Shown here one piece after another: positions 1 through 5,600 of a DNA stretch of 5,923 nt (the stretch's first letter is position 1; each line of letters starts with the position of its first letter). A program made the translations under genes and the position numbers. Origin of the DNA: Amoeboradix gromovi X-113 (Eukaryota; Fungi; Sanchytriomycota); contig JADGIF010000616.1 in assembly GCA_018985225.1 (NCBI GenBank), positions 1-5,923 of the forward strand, given 5' to 3'. The notes below the pieces were generated by a model that was given only the letters and a program-made list of their open reading frames with translations, was not told the origin of the DNA and did no database searches.

Positions 1-155
1 AATGTAATGGTTTGATAGGTGTGATTGCACTTGGATCGTGCCTCTCGTTTTGAGGGTGGTCTGCTCTCTTCATCAGCGGAATTGCGCTCTCTTTTCATGT
101 TTTGTAAGTGGCAATCCTCTTCTTTCAACTCTGATTGAATTGTATTTGAAATCAT
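1..155 (-). CDS. 5' part of a hypothetical protein running off the left edge (MISNTIQSELKEEDCHLQNMKRERNSADEESRPPSKREARSKCNHTYQTIT...)
   Basis: ATG at 155-153 (minus) opens a stop-free frame to the window edge. The sequence is charged and hydrophilic with basic NLS-like patches (KRER, PPSKR). No family recognised. Confidence 0.45.
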   Translation of the reverse strand, partial: MISNTIQSELKEEDCHLQNMKRERNSADEESRPPSKREARSKCNHTYQTIT

Positions 156-186
156 AAAGTCAATAGCTACCGTACAAATCTAAAAT

Positions 187-233
187 AAAGGCTGGATGAA
201 AGATCAAGAGAATAGCTATACAGACTGTTTATT
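187..233 (-). repeat. Copy 1 of a 47-bp imperfect inverted repeat (partner at 5657-5703)
   Basis: Reverse complement AATAAACAGTCTGTATAGCTATTCTCTTGATCTTTCATCCAGCCTTT matches 5657-5703 at 40/47 positions without gaps (manual alignment). Confidence 0.85.
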
Positions 234-756
234 TTTGAAATTTCAATACAAATTGTCTAGTCTAGTTTTTGAAAAGCATGTCCCATATCTTTCTATCTAC
301 TTCCAGATAACAATTTCTCATTTTCATATCTACATATTTCTTTCCTTTGAAACCTCAAACTCTCTACGTTTTGTGATCAGTAAATGCTTTATTACGTCTT
401 AACAATTTTTTCCCATTATTTGCACTATAATTTGTCTTTAGAATAGTTTCTAAATGTCGAAAAGTTCAACTAAGAGTGGTTGGCGAGTCTTTATATTGTT
501 TAAAAACAATTATTAGACGCGAAAACTACTGAGATATCAATTTAAATCTAAACAATGTCGTCATCAAGATATCAATCGGTAAGTTTCATTCTTATCTTAA
601 ACATGTGCCTCAATATTCTACAATCAATGAAGGCAGAGTTACCGATATTTAGCACGTCAATTTTGGTATAAGCAGTAAAGACTATAGAGATATTAAATCA
701 GCTATTTCGATTAAATTTAAAAACGGAGAATAGTACCCACTTTCAAAATTCGCGTC

Positions 757-2086
757 ATGTTACTTTTGTCCGTCATAGCATCTGCGTTTACGGAAATCAA
801 AAATAGTATATCAGCATTGCATGTTATAGATCGAATACCGGACACAACATTAAATTGTAAAAGTAAATGCGAGACTGATACATTTTGTCAAGGGTTTTCA
901 TTTGCTAGTGGTATATGCACGACATACTTCTACTTGCCTCAATTTACTAGAGAACATGACAAGACTAATTCGATCTTTATAAAAAATGAACAGTACCGGG
1001 GTGTTTTTAGTAATGGATATTTAGTAATGAGACGGACAAGTTTTGAGAATTGCAGTGAGAACATTTGCACAGTAAATGCAACCGATAAACTTGTTAAGTC
1101 TAATAGATCTAGCAGGATAAAAACAGATTTAGATTTGAAATTTGAGAACTTACCTCTGGTTTCTACAGCGGCACAATATTGGAAAAACGTTACAAACAAT
1201 TCAACGATACATGATTGTCTATCCAAATGCGATACATATGGCTCTTGTCTAGCAGTTCAATACACATTTAACAGCACCTCTTGTGCCATGCTAGATGTGT
1301 GGCCTGGTGAATTTGTAGAAATAGACAGTAGCGAGGTACTGGCAGATTCCATGGATACCGAATTTTTCTTAAAAATTGATTACAAAGATTTCGGATTTCA
1401 AATAAGCAATGGGGTCCCAATTTTAAATGATACCTCGATACGAAATTTGACTATAAATGATTGCACTGATACTTGTGCTGGAAAACCAGCATGCTCCGGC
1501 ATATACTATGCTAACAATAATTGTCATTTACTTTCGAAAGGATATTCAATCAACGGAAGCGCGGTATCAATTGGATTACACTTAATCAAGGATAATCAGC
1601 CTGAAGCTGCTATCGTTAAAAAGCTATCAAGTTCCACTGCAATAACCCCATGTATTTCGCACTAATTTAGCTGACAAATCCGACATTTTAGGAGTGCCTA
1701 TAGACCTTGGAGTTTTGATTGGGATTCTGTTTGGCTTTCTGCTACTGTTGACTTTCTTTTGCTTTTTCCTAATGAAATCAAATGCGAAGAAAAATTTAAT
1801 AGCCGAGCTTAATAAGCTAAATAAGCAAGAAAAGCAGCAATATGAGAAAAAAAAAGCGGCGGACAATAAGGGCACTGAAAATAGTGATTACATTTACGCG
1901 AGCAATGGAATGCAAGTGGACAAAATAATAGCGCTGGAAATTGTTGATGAGAATCGCATCACAAATATGGAAGGAAGTCTGGCTTCCCCGAATTTAGATT
2001 ATGAGTATGCTGATGACACAGATGATTATCAAAAACATCATGGCAACAACATGAGTTCCGAGAATAATAGGCAAGGTAAATCGTAA
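757..2086 (+). CDS. Type-I membrane protein with PAN/apple domains; join(757..1651,1671..2086), 436 aa
   Basis: Short hydrophobic leader MLLLSVIASA. Three C-x3-C-x5-C-x-x-hydrophobic-x-[FY]-x4/6-C modules typical of PAN/apple domains (CKSKCETDTFCQGFSFASGIC, CLSKCDTYGSCLAVQYTFNSTSC, CTDTCAGKPACSGIYYANNNC). Several N-x-S/T sequons and an S/T-rich stalk. Removing the 19-nt intron gives ...AITP-S-DKSDILGVPIDLGVLIGILFGFLLLLTFFCFFLMKSNAKK..., i.e. a TM helix, a basic stop-transfer signal and a cytoplasmic tail. The second ORF has only a GTG start before the TM. Confidence 0.85.
1652..1670 (+). other. Putative 19-nt spliceosomal intron (phase 1)
   Basis: GTATTT donor, CACTAAT branch-point consensus and TTAG acceptor. 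Its 3n+1 length corrects the frame offset between the two ORFs exactly and removes the stop at 1663-1665. Confidence 0.8.
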
Positions 2087-2153
2087 TTTTGTCATTTTTA
2101 AACTAATAAACAACAAATTTAAGCAAGTGAAACTTATATCCGACTTGACTAAT

Positions 2154-2184
2154 TTCACGTGTTTTAATAAATTACAAACCCCCA
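2154..2184 (+). promoter_or_regulatory. Candidate core promoter of eL24: CACGTG (2156-2161), AT-rich tract, ACCCCCA (2178-2184)
   Basis: GC-containing motifs inside a 110-nt AT-rich spacer. TTCACGT and ACCCCCA both recur in the same order upstream of the phosphatase ATG. Confidence 0.45.
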
Positions 2185-2196
2185 TACTGTATCTTA

Positions 2197-2652
2197 ATGG
2201 TCTTGAAATTAGATACGTGTGCATTTTCTGGAAATAAGATTTATCCGGGTAGAGTTAGACTATTTGCTAGAATAGATAACAAAACATTTAAATTTGGTAC
2301 AAGTAAATCCAGTAGTCTGTTCCGTCAAAGAAAGAATCCAAGAAAATTGGATTGGACTCAGTTATACAGATTAGCAAATAAAAAGGGTGTTCATGAACAA
2401 GTCAACAAAAAGAGAGTTAGACGCAAGATTGCTATTGAGAGACCTATCGAAGGTGCTAGTTTGGAAGCTATCAAGGCTAAAAAGAAGCAAACTAGTGAAT
2501 TCAGAACTGCTCAACGTGAATCTGCACTGAAAGAAGCCAAAGAGAAGAAAAAGATTGCTGAAAAAGCTAAACTAGCAAAAAAGGCTGAAAAAGCCAAAAC
2601 AGCTGAGAAATCTAAATCATCAACAAAGAAATCCTCTTCTAAAAAGAAGTAA
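2197..2652 (+). CDS. RPL24: 60S ribosomal protein L24 (eL24), intronless, 151 aa
   Basis: L24e signature CAFSGNKIYPGR...SKSSSLFRQRKNPRKLDWTQLYRLANKKG...RPIEGASLEAIK followed by a Lys/Ala/Glu-rich helical tail. The S at the second Cys site and the RPIxGASL motif fit cytosolic eL24 rather than Rlp24. Confidence 0.97.
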   Translation: MVLKLDTCAFSGNKIYPGRVRLFARIDNKTFKFGTSKSSSLFRQRKNPRKLDWTQLYRLANKKGVHEQVNKKRVRRKIAIERPIEGASLEAIKAKKKQTSEFRTAQRESALKEAKEKKKIAEKAKLAKKAEKAKTAEKSKSSTKKSSSKKK

Positions 2653-2739
2653 TAAATATCTATTTTCATTCTAGCAATCAGAAGTCCAGCAATTCGTGTT
2701 GTTAAAATTCAGCACTGAATCTCGGTATTATGTATATAT

Positions 2740-4125
2740 TTACTGTTTATATATTTTAACTCCTTTAGTCACTAATGTGCTATGCTGCAAATTCAGTTTT
2801 TTACATTCCATTTCTTGCAGCACCATAACAAATCCTATATTTGGACTCATTGTAGGTCTCCTCTCCCTCAAATACTCATATGCATCATACAATGTCATTT
2901 TGCTGTATTCCATTAAAAACGCTAGCACTACAGTAACACTCCTACTCTGTCCCACTTTGCAGTGCACATACACTTTGGGACTTGTAGTTGTTTCTTTCAC
3001 ATGTATGAGATACCTAACCGCGCCATTCAATTGCTGATCTACCTCTTCATCTACACTGTCTTTAACCTCGAAATGTTTGTATTCTACCAATTCTTCTATT
3101 TTTAAAAGCGGATCGGGTTGACATTCTTTAGCCATGTTCAGTACATGGGTAATGACATGCTCTTTAATAAACTGCAGTACTTCTGGACTAGACTGGCTGA
3201 AGAGATCAGGACCGAGGATTAAGAAGTCATCTAAAATGCTGCTAGGGTTAAATGTGAGAGTAGCATTTAGTCCAGGCGAGTCAATACTACTTAATGGAGA
3301 AGTAGTGTCGTTACTTGGTGATTTTAAGTTCTCAACACTGAATGAACTGACAGCACTGCCAACTGGGGTGATTACTTTTTCTTGAGTGAATAAGTTAATT
3401 CCGGGTAAATTAACAGCACGGCTCTGCTTTCTTTTGATATCTGTATTTAAGCTGAGACCCGTATTTCTGTCATCTTCAATTGCAGACTGACTAGTTAATA
3501 GGTGGGATTTTGAAGGATAGTTTTGGCATTTCTCGCTTATCGCCTTGTATCCACCTGATACCCATAGCACCGTGAATCCTTGATTTTCTAGACCTTGCAT
3601 GAGCTGATATACTATAGTAGAAGGAGAGGTTGAAGATGCATCATAAAAACAGTATGTGTGCTTCTCTTTAACATAATTAACAAAAGATTTACGCATCACT
3701 TCACTGTTAGGAACTATAAACTGATCAATAGTTAGAGACGGGGAATCACTAGGCTTAGCGCTAAGCGATCTGGGTGCTAGGCTGGCTTTTCTTGCCCATC
3801 TTTTAGTCATCATGTTATCAACCAAAATATTCCAACTTCCCTTTAAATGGCTTTTTAAATATGAATCTTCCTTACGAATATCAGCAACTATAGGCCACTT
3901 AATCAGCTCCTGAAATTGACTGCTATTGGAAATCCAAGTATCCACTGGGTCTCCAATTAAATAAGTAAGAAATTCTTCCACACTTATTAATTTAACGTCA
4001 GTCGGGTGAGCGCTCAGAGGAAAGGCAGATTTGACTTCTATTGTTGTAGAGGTATCTAATTTTAAATTTCTTTTATTGGAGTCGTTCAAATTCATTTGCT
4101 TGAACTTGGATTTGGCATCAGACAT
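2740..4125 (-). CDS. Dual-specificity protein phosphatase (MAP kinase phosphatase type) with N-terminal rhodanese/CH2 domain, about 461 aa from the first ATG
   Basis: Catalytic loop VHCKVGQSRS (HCKVGQSRS at 2964-2938), general-acid Asp in VKDSVDE, ITHVLNMA, LAFLM and RRPTMSPNIGF motifs. Rhodanese hallmarks IVADIR...Y..SHLKGSWNI, FYD and VSGGYKA. The ORF track starts at a TTG (4155); the first ATG is 4125-4123. Confidence 0.93.
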   Translation of the reverse strand: MSDAKSKFKQMNLNDSNKRNLKLDTSTTIEVKSAFPLSAHPTDVKLISVEEFLTYLIGDPVDTWISNSSQFQELIKWPIVADIRKEDSYLKSHLKGSWNILVDNMMTKRWARKASLAPRSLSAKPSDSPSLTIDQFIVPNSEVMRKSFVNYVKEKHTYCFYDASSTSPSTIVYQLMQGLENQGFTVLWVSGGYKAISEKCQNYPSKSHLLTSQSAIEDDRNTGLSLNTDIKRKQSRAVNLPGINLFTQEKVITPVGSAVSSFSVENLKSPSNDTTSPLSSIDSPGLNATLTFNPSSILDDFLILGPDLFSQSSPEVLQFIKEHVITHVLNMAKECQPDPLLKIEELVEYKHFEVKDSVDEEVDQQLNGAVRYLIHVKETTTSPKVYVHCKVGQSRSVTVVLAFLMEYSKMTLYDAYEYLRERRPTMSPNIGFVMVLQEMECKKLNLQHSTLVTKGVKIYKQ

Positions 4126-4131
4126 GTAACT

Positions 4132-4220
4132 TGGGGGTATATATTGGAATTTCAATTCGATGGTTATTTGATGTCAATAATGGGTTAGAATAGATGTAGT
4201 AATGGAAATAGGGACGTGAA
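4132..4220 (-). promoter_or_regulatory. Candidate core promoter of the phosphatase: TTCACGT (4220-4214) and ACCCCCA (4138-4132)
   Basis: Two exact 7-mers shared with the eL24 upstream spacer, in the same order and sense. Confidence 0.45.
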
Positions 4221-4278
4221 GAGTAAACTGAAAGCTTTAAAATAAAGGAGATAAGGAAATATATTAGTTACATAATCT

Positions 4279-4752
4279 TTAAGAATTTACTAGTCCGATT
4301 TCAATAGCATCCATTTTGTTTGCAAGCAAAAATAGATCGATATGCTCTTGAGTTACCCTAGTATCAAAGTTCAGCAACTTCAGCATGGACATTTCCATTT
4401 TAAAGATTTCACTCGTACTGTAGATGCCGTGGGTATACCGTGCCAGTTTCTTTGTCTTTAAACAATAATCATAACAGCTTTTTGACGCAATTAAAATAGC
4501 ACTAAGAAATAAACGATGACAAGTATCTGCACCACCAACAGAGTCTTTAGGCAACACTTCTCTTAACTTATGAAGATAAATGAGAGCAACTACTACAACT
4601 AGTGGTGTTACTTTTGATTGTTTTAGGATGTTGTTGATAAACTTATCCAGTTGCTTAGCCTCAGTTTTCATAGTCAATACGGTCATTGAGGTCGCAGTAA
4701 TTGCCTCCACAAGCGTGGGTGACAATTTTTGTCTGTTTATGGAGAACATCAT
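4279..4752 (-). CDS. Minimal Pho85-type cyclin (Pcl1/Pcl2-like, single cyclin box), 157 aa
   Basis: FINNILKQSKVTPLVVVVALIYLHKLREVLPKD...TCHRLFLSAILIASK...D...ARYTHGIYSTSEIFKMEMSMLKLLNFDTRV follows the Pcl1/2 cyclin-box pattern (YLxKL...LP, HRIFL...LxxK..D, ARYT.G, MExxLLxLLNWDLRV). Confidence 0.9.
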   Translation of the reverse strand: MMFSINRQKLSPTLVEAITATSMTVLTMKTEAKQLDKFINNILKQSKVTPLVVVVALIYLHKLREVLPKDSVGGADTCHRLFLSAILIASKSCYDYCLKTKKLARYTHGIYSTSEIFKMEMSMLKLLNFDTRVTQEHIDLFLLANKMDAIEIGLVNS

Positions 4753-4802
4753 CCTAAAAAGAAGGGACTTCTCTAAATATTAAAGATTAAATTAGCAATA
4801 AG

Positions 4803-4814
4803 TTTCGTGATTGG
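4803..4814 (-). promoter_or_regulatory. CCAAT box abutting an SCB-like CACGAAA upstream of the cyclin
   Basis: The minus strand reads CCAATCACGAAA about 50 nt upstream of the ATG. CACGAAA is the yeast SBF (Swi4/6) consensus. Confidence 0.35.
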
Positions 4815-5600
4815 TCAAGCAGCATTATTAGATCAAATTGATTTTAATTTATTTATCAGTGAGTCCGCTGGAGTGACTTTTGAAAGTGATCATATCAAAT
4901 AGGTAAAATTATTCAAGTAAAATGCCTATGTTTTGTCGCTTGTTTTATTAAACTAAAACTCGCAGTTACCAATTTCCTTTCTGAAATTAAAACAAGCAAA
5001 AGAAATGTCTTTCTAGCAACCGCATACGCTATTTTCTGGTACGAGGTGTTGTAAAGGCTCTTTCTTTAGTGCTTACAGGTCTCGCAACCATAGTAAATCA
5101 CTTTTTTGTCAGGTTATATTACGGTTTTCCTTGTTTGTAACGAATATCTTTTCAATACAAGTCTTCTGTACATCAGATCCACCAATGTTGATTTTTCTAC
5201 TGGTAATGATGATTTATGCTGCTGCAATGCCCTGACAGGACTTGTACAATATGTCTTGGCTACTTTCTTGCTCGAGCGCCACCTGGTTAGCAACCATTTT
5301 ACCACGTTAACAAGAACCTGCTTCAATTGATTTGAGCAATGGATATGTATGAACAAAATCTTGCATTGTGTTGCTCGTGACATGGAGTAAAAAGGATGTC
5401 AAAAACAAAAAGATATGGAATTAAATCTCGGAAACATTAAGGAAAGAGTATCCAAATCATACAATATTAAACTCATATGAGATCGTTACACCATAAAATC
5501 TTGATTAAACCAGAATACTTAATTAAACAGTTGGGACATCAAATATAAAAACTGGACTAACTTTCTGTAACAAATTGGAACATTATTTCAGCTTTATTAA

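Noticed and set aside
172-190. 19-nt GTACAAATCTAAAATAAAG on the plus strand
   Set aside because: No plus-strand gene to host it, weak AAG acceptor, and the local ORF is on the minus strand.
199-230. AAGATCAAG resemblance to U2 snRNA
   Set aside because: The GTAGTA branch-pairing sequence and Sm site are absent, and the 9-mer is not kept in the second repeat copy.
196-402. 68-aa plus-strand ORF
   Set aside because: F/I/S/Y-rich translation typical of AT-rich noncoding DNA; no motif.
1663-1665. TAA reassignment or read-through as the link between ORFs 757..1665 and 1694..2086
   Set aside because: The two ORFs are in different frames, and eL24, the phosphatase and the cyclin all terminate normally at TAA.
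1694-2086. Independent 130-aa membrane protein
   Set aside because: Starts at GTG with no ATG before the TM; better explained as exon 2 of the PAN gene.
3704-3721. 18-nt GTTTATAGTTCCTAACAG on the minus strand as an in-frame micro-intron
   Set aside because: Not needed for the frame, the branch A would be only 3 nt before the end, and the encoded QFIVPN fits the rhodanese domain. Only cDNA could exclude it fully.
4126-4155. TTG start for the phosphatase
   Set aside because: Eukaryotic context; the first ATG at 4125 is preceded by the same ACCCCCA motif as eL24.
4754-4768. 15-nt GTCCCTTCTTTTTAG just before the cyclin ATG as an intron
   Set aside because: No branch motif, poor donor and no upstream exon evident.
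939-4783. Shadow ORFs 939..1226, 1627..1875, 1994..2224, 2696..3037, 3134..3385 and 4580..4783
   Set aside because: Antisense to well-supported genes, with no recognisable domains.
5206-5235. Box C (ATGATGA) and box D (CTGA) as a C/D snoRNA
   Set aside because: Only 30 nt in total, with no terminal stem and no rRNA-complementary guide that I could recognise.
5106-5383. ORFs 5106..5330 (+) and 5114..5383 (-) as genes
   Set aside because: Short, mutually overlapping and with no recognisable family; kept only as part of the unexplained region.
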